DNA of 64,000 bases from contig OY970320.1 of the NCBI GenBank assembly GCA_963716745.1, forward strand, positions 2,880,001-2,944,000. Direction: 5' to 3'. The notes below the pieces were generated by a model. The model was not told the origin of the DNA. It worked only from the letters and a program-made list of their open reading frames with translations, and searched no databases. The translations under genes were made by a program, and so were the position numbers. Origin of the DNA: an uncultured Gemmatimonadaceae bacterium. Its GTDB lineage: Bacteria; Gemmatimonadota; Gemmatimonadetes; Gemmatimonadales; Gemmatimonadaceae. Below, in pieces: positions 34,425 to 44,578 of the stretch. Every line of letters starts with the position of its first letter. Position 1 is the first letter of the stretch.

Positions 34425-34535
34425 GCGGAGTCGCCCCCGGCGCAGCCGCGATAGCGAAAAGCGAGAGACTCGCGCGCGGTTGCGCGAGGCTCGAAGCGGT
34501 TTGAGCGAAAGCGGCCTAGCCGGGGGCGGCTCCGC
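34425..34535 (+). repeat. Structured repeat family, copy D
   Basis: Outer stem gcggagtcgcccccggc/gccgggggcggctccgc; core 34461-34498 identical to copy C. Confidence 0.88.
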
Positions 34536-34607
34536 GACGTTCCGCGCGAGAAACCAGAGTCCCCCCACTCTGGCTTGCAACGCGTCGAACGACGTAGATT
34601 TCCCCTC

Positions 34608-35955
34608 GTGACCCCGGAGAAAGCGAAGCCCACCCCCGACGCGTCAGTCCGCGAGTTGATGGTCGTGCGCGAGATCGCGCACGCGTTCCTCACCGCCGAC
34701 CGGCCCGAAGAGGTCTTCCAGTTCGCGCTCGAACGCGTGAGCCCGCTCGTCGGCGCCACCTTCGCGTCCATCTACCTCATCGAGCCCGGCGACGAGCAGA
34801 TGCGCCTCGCCGCCGCCTATAACTGGCCCGAGAAATTCCGCCCATTCCTCGGCGAGATGCGCGTGAAGGTCGGGCTCGGCCCCAGCGGCGAAGCGGTGAG
34901 CGAGCGTCACGCCATCACGATCCCCAATGTCTTCGCCGACGAGACGCTCAGCGACTGGCAGGAAGTCGCGAAGGAACTCGGCTTCCGCGCGCTCGTGGCG
35001 CTGCCGCTCTCGATCGCGGGGCACTGTGCTAGGCGCGGTCACGTTCTATTTCGCCGAGACCGGCGGACTCACGCCGGAGCGGAGCGGACTGCTGCAGATC
35101 GTCGCCGACCAGATGGCGGCCACCACTGAGAAAGCCGCGCTCATCCAGCAGCTGCGCCGCACGAACGCCGCGCTTACCGAGTCGAATGCCGAACTCGAGA
35201 AGCAGTACCTCGCTGCGCTCGAGGCACGACGCATGAAAGATGAGTTCCTCGCAAACATCAGCCACGAACTCCGCACGCCGCTCACCGCGGTGCTCGGCTA
35301 CGCCGACCTCATGCAAGAGGGACTCTCGGGTCCGCTCACCGGCGAGCAGAGTTCCACGATCGAGCAGATGACCGGCGCGAGCCAGCGCTTGCTCGAGTTG
35401 ATCGACGATCTGCTGGAGCTCACCACGCTCAAGGGCGGGGAAGCGCGCCTCACGGTGGAGAGCTTCGACGCACGCGAGGCGATGAAGGATGCCCTCGCCG
35501 CCGCGCGCGAGCCGGCGCCGGGCGTGGTCGTGAAGCTCAAGATGTCGGAGAGCGACGCCATCTGGATCCGCAGCGACCGGCGGAAGGTGGCCAAGATCCT
35601 CACCAGTCTGCTGAACAACGCCTTCAAATTCACCACGGAGGGCGACGTGCTGGCCGCGCTCGAAAGTCGCAACAATTCGGTGCGCTTCTCCGTACGGGAT
35701 ACGGGTATCGGGATCGACCCGGCCGCGCATGAAGTGGTGTTCGAAGAGTTCCGTCAGGCCGACGGATCCGCGACACGACGCTTCGGAGGTTCAGGGCTCG
35801 GTCTCGCGCTCTCGCGCCAGCTGGCGCGACTGCTCGGCGGCGACATCACGCTGGAATCGGCGCCGAGTTCCGGATCGCAATTCACGCTGTCACTCCCTGT
35901 GGAATACGCGCCCGCGCCATCGAACGCGAACCGTCAACCAGTCGAGCTGAGATGA
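34608..35955 (+). CDS. GAF-domain sensor histidine kinase (frameshift near 35020)
   Basis: GAF-like N-terminus; FLANISHELRTPL H-box, NNAFKFT, DTGIG, GGSGLGL. Confidence 0.92.
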
Positions 35956-36233
35956 TCCAGGAGATCCGGACAGCCATGTCGCCCGCGGAGGTGCTTGCCG
36001 CCGCGAAGGAATTCTTCCCGTCGCGCAGCGCGATCTACGCCGCATTCCTCGAGAAGGAAGGGCCGGGCTACGCGACGTTCCGCGGCTCGTGCGGCGAGGA
36101 GATCGTGATCGGTGCCGCGACGGTGGACGGCGTGACCGTCGCGCGTGGCTCCACGTATCTCTACGACCAGCAGGTCGGGCGCTTCTTCACCGCGCTCCGG
36201 CCCATGCCGCTCGCCGAGTCGGACGTCGGATGA
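35952..36233 (+). CDS. Small hypothetical protein (93 aa)
   Basis: ATGA overlaps at both ends; typical codon usage. Confidence 0.7.
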   Translation: MIQEIRTAMSPAEVLAAAKEFFPSRSAIYAAFLEKEGPGYATFRGSCGEEIVIGAATVDGVTVARGSTYLYDQQVGRFFTALRPMPLAESDVG

Positions 36234-36550
36234 CGGCGCCCTTCGTCACCACGCTGCGCGCGCGTCCCGGTACGATCGTGCTCGGCGCCGCGCCCGGCGC
36301 GCTCGTGCTTCGCGTGGAGATGCCCGAGACCTGGGATGTGGTGCGCCTCACCGCACAGCCGTCGGACACGGTGCTTGCCGTGAAGATCGGCGCGCTCGCC
36401 GCGATGATGCCCGGTGCCGACCATCGCCGCTGGGTGATGAAGCTGCGCGGCGCCGAGATCGGCGCCGAGAGCCAGACGCTGCAGGAGATCAACGCACGCA
36501 GCGGTTCGACTTTCCTGCTCACACACCGGCGCCGCCGGGCGGTTCGTTGA
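36230..36550 (+). CDS. Small protein with ubiquitin-like (beta-grasp, YukD/EsaB-like) pattern
   Basis: VRLTAQPSDTVLAVK..., MKLRGAEI..ESQTLQEINARSGSTFLL mirrors the ubiquitin PSDTI..VK / AGKQL..GRTLSDYNIQKESTLHL pattern. Confidence 0.65.
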   Translation: MTAPFVTTLRARPGTIVLGAAPGALVLRVEMPETWDVVRLTAQPSDTVLAVKIGALAAMMPGADHRRWVMKLRGAEIGAESQTLQEINARSGSTFLLTHRRRRAVR

Positions 36551-37557
36551 CCGCCGTTCCCGCACTCAAGCGCGAGGCGTTGGGCGAGGCCGCGGTGCGG
36601 TTGCGCCGCGAAGTCGCGCGCCGGATCGTCGGGCAGGATCAGGTGGTGGAAGAGATCCTCATGGCGATGCTCGCCGGCGGACACGCGCTGCTCGTGGGCG
36701 TGCCGGGGCTCGCGAAAACGCTATTGATCCGCTCGATCGCCGAAGCGATGCAGCTCGATTTCCGCCGCATCCAGTTCACGCCCGATCTGGTGCCGAGCGA
36801 CATCACCGGCACCGAGATCATGGAGGAGGACACCGCGAGCGGCGCGCGCGAGTTCCGTTTCGTGCGCGGCCCCGTGTTCGCGAACATCGTGCTGGCCGAC
36901 GAGATCAACCGTACGCCGCCGCGCACGCAGGCCGCGATGCTCGAGGCGATGCAGGAACATTCGGTGACCGTCGCGGGCGAGACGATGAAACTGCCCGAAC
37001 CCTTCTTCGTGCTCGCGACGCAGAATCCCATTGAGCAGGAAGGCACGTATCCGCTGCCGGAAGCGCAGCTCGACCGCTTCCTGTTCGACGTGCGCATCGG
37101 CTATCCGAGCGCGGATGAGGAAGTGGCGATCCTGCGCGCCACTACCGGCGCGAACAAGGTGGATCTCGCGCCCGTGCTCGACGCCGAGCAAACACTCGGC
37201 CTGCAACGGCTCACGCGCGAGATGGCGGCCGCCGAGCCGGCGCTGCGCTACGCGGCGGCGCTCGCGCGCGCGACGCGCCCCGACGGCATCGACACGCCCG
37301 ATCTCGTGAAGCGCTACGTGCGCTGGGGCGCCGGCCCGCGCGCCGGCCAGGCGTTGATCCTCGGCGCCAAGGCGCACGCGATGCTCGCCGGCCGCTTCGC
37401 GATCGCGCCCGAGGACATCCGCCGCGTCGCGCATCCGGTGCTGCGGCACCGCGTGCTCCCGAACTTCGCCGCGGAGGCGGAAGGGGTGACGGCCGAGCGG
37501 CTCATCGACGACATTCTCGAGCGAGTCCCGCCGCCGCGGAGCGACATCAAGCTCTAG
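36547..37557 (+). CDS. MoxR family AAA+ ATPase
   Basis: GVPGLAKT, RIQFTPDLVPSD, LADEINR, ATQNPIEQEGTYPLPEAQLDRF; TTG start in TTGA overlap. Confidence 0.96.
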   Translation: MTAVPALKREALGEAAVRLRREVARRIVGQDQVVEEILMAMLAGGHALLVGVPGLAKTLLIRSIAEAMQLDFRRIQFTPDLVPSDITGTEIMEEDTASGAREFRFVRGPVFANIVLADEINRTPPRTQAAMLEAMQEHSVTVAGETMKLPEPFFVLATQNPIEQEGTYPLPEAQLDRFLFDVRIGYPSADEEVAILRATTGANKVDLAPVLDAEQTLGLQRLTREMAAAEPALRYAAALARATRPDGIDTPDLVKRYVRWGAGPRAGQALILGAKAHAMLAGRFAIAPEDIRRVAHPVLRHRVLPNFAAEAEGVTAERLIDDILERVPPPRSDIKL

Positions 37558-37559
37558 CC

Positions 37560-38426
37560 GTGCCACTCGCGACGAGTTACGGCGCCATGCTCGACGCGCT
37601 GCGCGGCGTGAGCTGGCCGGCGCGCCGCGTCGCGCGCGGAACGACCACCGGATCGCATCGTTCGCGGCTGCGCGGGGCGTCGCCCGAGTTCACGGAGTAT
37701 CGCCCATACCGTCAGGGCGACGACCCAAAGCTCATCGACTGGAAGCTGCTCGCGCGAACCGATCGCGTGTATCTGCGCATCACGACCGACCGCTCGACGC
37801 TGGGCACCATCGTGCTGCTGGATGCGTCGGCGAGCATGGCGTATCGCAGCGGACCGAACGCGAAGTGGGAGCAGGCGTGCCGGCTGGCGGTTGGACTCGT
37901 CGCGGTGGCGCACGCGTCGGGCGATCCCGTGGGGATCCTCGTGCCGTCGGCGGACGGACTGCGATTCCTCGCGCCTCGCACACGCCGCGGGGTGGTGGCA
38001 GAAGCGGCGCGTCTGCTCGCGGGGATAGCGCCCGCGGGGAATGAACCGTTGGCGCCGGCGTTCGCGCACGTGCGACCGGGATTCCGCATTGCTATCGTCT
38101 CCGATTTCCTTGGCGATGCCGACGCGCTGCTGCGCGCGTCGCACGAACGGATCATCGCGGGCGGAGAAGTGGACGCAGTGCACGTGGTGGCGCGTGAGGA
38201 ACTCGATCCGCCGGCCGCGCCGGCGATGGCCACCGATCCTGAATTGCCGGACATCAAGCGCGCGCTCGTAGAGACCACGCGTGAGGGCTACATGACCGCA
38301 TTCGCGGCGTGGCGCCTGGAGCTGGCGCGCGGCTGGCGCGACGCCGGCGCTGGCTTCACCGAGGTCGTGACCGACGAAGGGGCGGAGAACGCGGTGTTGC
38401 GCGTGGTGCGCGACGTGACGTCATGA
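37560..38426 (+). CDS. DUF58 / vWA-like protein
   Basis: EFTEYRPYRQGDD..IDWK, LDASASM, VSDF. Confidence 0.92.
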   Translation: MPLATSYGAMLDALRGVSWPARRVARGTTTGSHRSRLRGASPEFTEYRPYRQGDDPKLIDWKLLARTDRVYLRITTDRSTLGTIVLLDASASMAYRSGPNAKWEQACRLAVGLVAVAHASGDPVGILVPSADGLRFLAPRTRRGVVAEAARLLAGIAPAGNEPLAPAFAHVRPGFRIAIVSDFLGDADALLRASHERIIAGGEVDAVHVVAREELDPPAAPAMATDPELPDIKRALVETTREGYMTAFAAWRLELARGWRDAGAGFTEVVTDEGAENAVLRVVRDVTS

Positions 38427-39673
38427 ACTTTGCGGCGCCGGCGTTCCTTGCGGCGGGCATCGCCGCGGCGCTCGTGGTCGCGGCACTCCACTTCCTCGCG
38501 CGGCAACGCCCACGAAAGGCGGTGTTCCCAACGGCGCGGTTCATTCCGGATCGCTCGGCGCGCGCGCCGTCGCGCGCGCTCAAGCCGAGTGATCTGCTCT
38601 TGTTGTTGTTGCGCGCGGCCGCATTGATGCTGTTGGGCGCGGCGTTCGCTCGGCCAGCGTGGAGCACGGCGCATTCGGGAACGGCGCGAGTGGTGCTGGT
38701 GGATCGCTCGCGGGCCGTGGCCAACGCGACGGAGGCGCGCGACTCGGCGACGGCCGCCCTGCGCGACGGCGATGCGTTGGTGTTGTTCGATTCCGGCGTG
38801 GTCGTTGTCCCGAAGGATTCGCTGAGCGCGATGCGCACGACCGCCGCTCGCGGTTCGATCTCGGCGGCGCTAGTGACCGCGCACCAAGCGGCGGCGAACC
38901 TCGCGGAGCGTTTCGATTCCGTGGAGCTGGTGATCGTGTCGCCGATCGTGCGCGAGGAGGTCGATGCGGCGTCCCTGGATATTCGGGGCACATGGCCGGG
39001 GCGGGCGAGGGTCGTGCGGCTGAAGGCGGCGGCATTTGACTCCACGAGACGCGGTGCGACGGTGCGCGGCGACGCAGCCGATGCTCTGGTGAGCTCGGGA
39101 CTCGGGACTCGGGACTCGGGCGGAGGGGCGCGTGTGGTGCGTGGAACGGCGTCGCGCAGCGACAGCATTTGGGCGAGCGACTCAGCTGGCGTGCTCGTTC
39201 TCTGGCCCGCGGCACTCGGCGTGCCGCACGACACCATCGGTGCCGTCGCCATGGGCGACGACGTCGTAGTCTCGGCATTCGCGCGCAGCGCGAATGTCGC
39301 CGTCGAGTCCCGAGTCCCGAATCCCGAACCGATCGCGTTCTTTGCCGATGGGGTCCCCGCTGCACTCGAGGCTCGCACGAAATCCGGTTGTATTCGAAAC
39401 GTCACCATCCCGATTCCCGCCGCCGGCGACCTCGTCCTTCGCGAGAGCTTCCGCCGTCTGTTCAACGGCCTCACCGGCCCCTGCGGCGGCGCGCGCGATC
39501 TGCGGCCGGCACCGGATTCGGTCGCCTCGCAGCTCGCCGCATTCGGCGCACTCGCGAGCGCCCGCACTTGGAATCGCGATGACAGTCGCACGCCCCCGCT
39601 CGCGCGCTGGTTCCTCGTCGCGGCGGCGGTGCTGCTGGTCGCCGAACCGTTCCTGCGCCGGAGGGCCGCCTGA
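38423..39673 (+). CDS. BatA N-terminal double-TM domain protein
   Basis: MNFAAPAFL...ALHFLAR...VFPTARFI...LLLLLR...AFARP; VDRSRAV degenerate MIDAS; C-terminal TM. Confidence 0.85.
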   Translation: MNFAAPAFLAAGIAAALVVAALHFLARQRPRKAVFPTARFIPDRSARAPSRALKPSDLLLLLLRAAALMLLGAAFARPAWSTAHSGTARVVLVDRSRAVANATEARDSATAALRDGDALVLFDSGVVVVPKDSLSAMRTTAARGSISAALVTAHQAAANLAERFDSVELVIVSPIVREEVDAASLDIRGTWPGRARVVRLKAAAFDSTRRGATVRGDAADALVSSGLGTRDSGGGARVVRGTASRSDSIWASDSAGVLVLWPAALGVPHDTIGAVAMGDDVVVSAFARSANVAVESRVPNPEPIAFFADGVPAALEARTKSGCIRNVTIPIPAAGDLVLRESFRRLFNGLTGPCGGARDLRPAPDSVASQLAAFGALASARTWNRDDSRTPPLARWFLVAAAVLLVAEPFLRRRAA

Positions 39674-41725
39674 GCGCGCGGGCGCGGGTCGCGAGCGCGC
39701 GATGGCTGCTCGGCTCCGCCGCGCTCGCGAGCAGCGGGCTCTGGGCGCTCGTCGTGTACGCGCTGACGCGATCGACGATGCGGCTCGTCTCCATCTGCAG
39801 CGATCAAGGACCGCACCGGGATTCTCTGCGCCTGCTCGCGATGGCGCTCATGATCGGCACGTTGGTCTTCGCGCTCTGGCGATCGCACCGTGCCTGGTCG
39901 CGCGATGCGGTCGCGCTCTGGCTGGAGGAGCGCGCGCCGTCCATGCGCTACGCGCTCGTCACGGTGGTGGAACAGCCGGCCGTGACCAGCGCGGCGGAGC
40001 TGGAGCGCGCAGTCGAGACAGGTGCGGTTCGCGCCGCTGATCGCGAGAGAATTCCTCCGGAGCATCGGGCATCCCGCTGCTCATGCTGGCTGGCGCGATG
40101 ACCCTCTGGTTCTCGATCCCGCGTCCGCGCTGCGTCGACACCGGCCGGCCCCTCGGCGTGGGCGCGGGCCAATCTCCGGCCGGCTCCGCGCTGAATCGCC
40201 TAGTGCCGCTCCGTGCCACGGTCACGCCGCCGGCGTACGCGGGACTGACGGAGCGCACCTTCGAAGAGCCCAGCTCGATCCCAGGCCTCGTTGCGAGCCG
40301 CGTCTCCATCTCGGGAAAGGGCGCTGCCGCCGGGATCTCGGTGCGTCTCGATACGCACATCGATCCCGGTCACGGGCGACGATGGCCGTTGGCGCGCAGA
40401 ATTCCGCATGCCCGCGAAGGCCACCGCGCTCTCGCTCGCGGACCGCACCTTCCACCGTCTCGTGATCCTCGAGCCGCGCCCCGATTCCGCGCCCGTGGTC
40501 ACGTTGCTCGCGCCGATGCACGACACGGTGTTCCGCACGCCCTCGGGTTCGCTCGCACTCAGCGCCGAAGCGCGCGATGACTTCGGGCTCGCCGACGCGT
40601 GGCTCGAGTACATCATCAGCTCGGGCGAAGGGGAGAGCTTCACCTTCCGCAGCGGCGTCATCGGCCGCGTGGATTCGAAGAATTCGCGCACGGCTTCGGT
40701 GCAGGGAACGCTACGCCTCGACGATCTCAAGTTGAGGCCCGGCGACATCGTGCACATCCGCGCGGTCGCGCGCGATCTGAACAATGCCACGGGCCCCGAC
40801 ACCGGCGCCTCCGAAACACGCACGCTGCGCGTCGCGCGCAAAGACGAGTACGACTCCGTGGCTGTAGAAGGCGCGCCACCGCCGGACGCCGACAAATCGG
40901 TGCTCAGCGAGCGCATGCTCATCATGATGACCGAGGACCTCGAGCGCCGCCGCCCGAAGCTCGCGCGCGACGCCGTCGTCGCCGAGTCGCGCAGTATCGG
41001 GCGCGATCAGACGCGGCTTCGCAAGGAAGTCTCCCGCATCATCTTCGCGCGACTCGGCGCGGGGAGCGAGAGCGAGGAGTCCAACGCGAGCGACGACGAC
41101 ACGCAGGGCAAGATGACGCCCGACCAACTGCTCGCCGCCGCTGACTCCGCCACGAACCAGAGCGCCGGCACGCTCGAAGGCGAGGGCGACGAGACGCCCA
41201 TTGTCGCGCTCAATCGCCCGCTGCTCGAAGCGTACAACGCGATGTGGGATGCGAGCACGCGGCTCGAACACCGGCGAGCCCGGCGAAGCGCTTCCCTACA
41301 TGCGCGCGGCGCTCGCCGCGATCCAGCGCGCGCGCGCGGCGGAGCGGTTGTATCTGCGCGGCCGCACGCCGCCGGCGGTGGTGGACCTCCAGAAGGTGCG
41401 GCTCGCCGGCAAGCGCGACAATGCGACGGCCGCGATGCGTGCGCCGCGCAACGCGCTCGACACGACCGCCGCGCGCCGCGTGCGCCGTCTGAACGCGGCG
41501 CTCTCGCTGCTCGGCGAGCACGCGCAGGCCGCGATCGATTCGCTGCAACTCCTGCGCGTGGATGCCATCGCGCACGATCCGGCGCTCGCCGCAGCGCTCG
41601 GCCCGGTGATCGACTCGGCGCGCACGGGCGGGAATTCGGCCGCGGCCATCGCACGCGCGCGGCGCGTCGCCGCCGGCGCGCCTGCCGTCGAGCGGAACGG
41701 CGTGAACTGGGAAGGCGCACCGTGA
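39670..41725 (+). CDS. Large membrane-anchored DUF4175-like protein (several frameshifts; possible CTG start)
   Basis: TM start, TVTPPAYAG, DSAPVV, ARDDFGL, LRPGDIVHIRAVARD, AYNAMWDA, ALPYMRAALAAIQ across consecutive frames. Confidence 0.7.
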
Positions 41726-42334
41726 CCGCATTCACCTTCGTCACCGTGCGCTATGAGTCGGGCGATTGGGACGCCGCGCCGCTCGTACCCGAGAACATCA
41801 TCGACACCATCGCGCGCTACACGTCCATCAAGGTGGAACCCGCGGGCGTCGTCGTGCCGCTCTCGTCGCCGGAATTGATGCGCTATCCGTTCGCGTTCCT
41901 CACCGGGCATCTCCCGGTGCGCTTCAGCACCGCGGAGCGCGACCAGCTGCGCGGCGTGGCTCGCGCGCGGCGGATTCCTGTTCGTGGACGATCACAACCA
42001 CGACATCGATGGCGCGTTCCATAAGAGCGTTACCGAGGAGATCGCGCGCACCGTGGGGCCATTGGTGGACGTGCCGAACGACAGCCCGCTGTATCGCGCG
42101 TTCTTCACGTTCCCCGACGGTCCGCCCGCCACGAGTCACGAACTCAACGGCTGGGGCGACAATCTCGTGCACAAGCATCTGCGTGCGGTGATGCGCGAGG
42201 GCCGGATCAGCGTGCTGTACAGCAACAAGGATTACAGCTCCGAGTGGGGATATCACGCCGACAACAAGCGTTTCCTCTCGGTGGACAACACGCGCTTCGC
42301 GGTGAACGTGGTGGTGTATGCCCTCACCAGCTGA
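41722..42334 (+). CDS. DUF4159 domain protein (frameshift near 41960)
   Basis: VRYESGDWD, YPFAFLTGH, GGFLFVDD, YSNKDYSSEW, RFAVNVVVYALT. Confidence 0.85.
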
Positions 42335-43617
42335 GACGCGGCGCTGGATCGAGCGCGGCTGGCGCGCGCTGGCGCTCGCGCTGCTCGCGTGGGCACTGGT
42401 GATCGCGTTCCGCGCGCCGGCGCGCACGGCCGTGCGCGATCCCGGGCGATGCGCTTCCGGCGGAGTTGCCGCGGCTCTCGCGCTCGGCAGAACCTGCGTG
42501 GGTCGAAGTGTCATTCCTCGCTGCGCCGACGCCGGATTCGCGCGAGTGGCTTCGCGCCCTCGCACGTTCTGGCAGCCGCGTGACGTGGCGGGCGGCCGCG
42601 CCGCTCGCACCGCTCGCGATCGAACTATCGCCACGCGCCGATCCTGCCGGCGGCATGCGCGCATTCATTGCCGCACGGCGTGGCGACACGATGACGGTGT
42701 CGGACCGCGCGGGCCTCCTCGATTCGATCACCGGTGCGTCGCCCGCGACGACGCTCACTCTCCCGGCGCTGGTGCCGCTGTTCTCCGCGCGTGAAAGCGC
42801 GCAGGAAGCGCGCGCCGCGCTCCGCGATTCGCTCGCGCCCCGCCGCGTGCTCGTGCTGGGCGAGGCCGGATGGGAAGGGAAGTTCGTCCTCGCCGCGCTC
42901 GAGGAACGTGGCTGGCACGCGAGCGCGCGCTTCGCCGTCGCGCCCAACATCGCCGCCGCGCAAGGCGCCGTGAGTCCGCTCGACACCGCGCACTTCGCGG
43001 TGATCGTCGCCCTCGATTCCGCCTCGGCAGCGGCGAATTCGCGAACGATCACCGACTTCGTGCGCCAAGGCGGCGGCCTCATCCTCGCCGGCGACGCCGG
43101 CCGCGCGCCCGCAATGCTCGCGCTCGCGCCAGGAACCGTCGGCCCGCACCAACACGCCGCATCGCTGTCCTTCGCCGACAGCGCCCCGCGCCGCGCACTC
43201 GGCTTCTACGCCATCACGAATCTCAGGCCGGACGCGATCTCGCTCGAGAGCCGCGACAACAAACACGCCGTTGCCGCCCGCCGCGCCGGCCGCGGCCGCG
43301 TGCTCCAACTCGGCTACGACGATACGTGGCGCTGGCGCTTCGCCGGCGGCCGCACCGCCCCCGAAGCCGAGCGCACGTGGTGGAGCGCCATGGTTTCGAG
43401 CGTCTCCTACCGCGCCGCACTCCCACTCGCGGGGAGTGCGCAGTTGAACGCGAACTCCGCGCCGCTCACGTCGCTGTATTCGTCGTTGGGTTCACCGACA
43501 GCCGACAGCCGACAGCCCGTCTCTGTAGTTTTCGGTCTTCCCTGGTGGCTATTGAGCCTCATCGTGCTCTCCCTCCTCGCCGAGATCGCCTCCCGCCGTC
43601 TCAGAGGCGCCCCATGA
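42318..43617 (+). CDS. Membrane protein with glutamine-amidotransferase-like C-terminal domain (frameshift near 42450)
   Basis: N-terminal TM; GWEGKFV, FVRQGGGLILAG, GRGRVLQLGYDDTWRWR; C-terminal TM. Confidence 0.7.
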
Positions 43618-44546
43618 CCGTCGCGTTCATCTCGCATTCCGATTGCGGCCGCCACGACACCGGCTGGGGCGCGCCCGAGCACGTCGGCCGCCTGCGCGCG
43701 ATCACGAGCGCGATGAAGTTCGATCTCGCGCTCTTCGAGAACCTGCGCCACGTCGAAGGCCGTCACGCCACCCGCGAAGAACTCGCGCTCGCGCACGAGC
43801 CCGCGTACATCGATCTCGTTGAGGAAACGGCGCGCAACGGCGGCGGCCGCCTCGATGCCGACACCGTCGAGAGCGAAGGTTCGTGGGATGCGGCGACTGC
43901 CGGCGCCGGCTGCGTGCTCGACGGCGTGGATTTCGCCTTCGCCGATGTGCCCGAGCGCAGCTTCAGCGCCGTGCGGCCGCCCGGGCCATCATGCGCTCGC
44001 CGACACCGCGATGGGATTCTGTCTCTTCGGCAACGTCGCGATCGCCGCGCACTACGCGCGCAAGAAACATCATGCCGATCGCGTGCTCATCGTCGACTTC
44101 GACGTGCATCACGGCAACGGCACGCAGGCGCTCGTCGAGCAGCGAGCCCGGGATCCATTTCGTGTCAATGCACCAATGGCCCTGGTATCCCGGCAGCGGC
44201 GCCGCCACGGAGCGCGGCGATGGGAACCTGTGGAACGTGCCGATGCCGCCCGGCCTCGCTGCCGCAGCAGTACGTGGACGCGCTCGAGCGTGCGATCGAC
44301 GCGGCCACGGCCGGCTTCGCGCCCGATCTCATCCTCATCTCCGCCGGGTTCGACTCGCTCCGCGGCGATCCGCTCGGCGGCTTCACGCTCGAGCCCGAAC
44401 ACCTCGCCGGGGTCACACGCCGTCTCGTGGAGCGCGCCAAGGTCTCCGCGCGCGGCCGCGTGGTGAGCGCGCTCGAGGGCGGCTATTCGCTGCCACTGCT
44501 CGGACAAGGGGTGCTCGCGCACCTCCACGCGCTCGGCGAGTCTTGA
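43614..44546 (+). CDS. Histone deacetylase family protein (three frameshifts ~43983, ~44143, ~44258)
   Basis: [53 protein letters not shown]. Confidence 0.93.
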   Translation: MTVAFISHSDCGRHDTGWGAPEHVGRLRAITSAMKFDLALFENLRHVEGRHATREELALAHEPAYIDLVEETARNGGGRLDADTVESEGSWDAATAGAGCVLDGVDFAFADVPERSFSAVRPPGPSCARRHRDGILSLRQRRDRRALRAQETSCRSRAHRRLRRASRQRHAGARRAASPGSISCQCTNGPGIPAAAPPRSAAMGTCGTCRCRPASLPQQYVDALERAIDAATAGFAPDLILISAGFDSLRGDPLGGFTLEPEHLAGVTRRLVERAKVSARGRVVSALEGGYSLPLLGQGVLAHLHALGES

Positions 44547-44578
44547 ATCCTCCTCGCAACACACGGTAAGTTCCCTCT

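Noticed and set aside
32690..34570. Repeat copies B, C and D as a CRISPR array
   Set aside because: Copies are inverted or over 1 kb apart, ~110 nt long, lack regular spacers, and no cas genes are present.
36230..36550. Ubiquitin conjugation system or type VII secretion locus
   Set aside because: No C-terminal di-Gly, no E1/E2/JAB genes, and no FtsK/EccC or WXG100 genes in the window.
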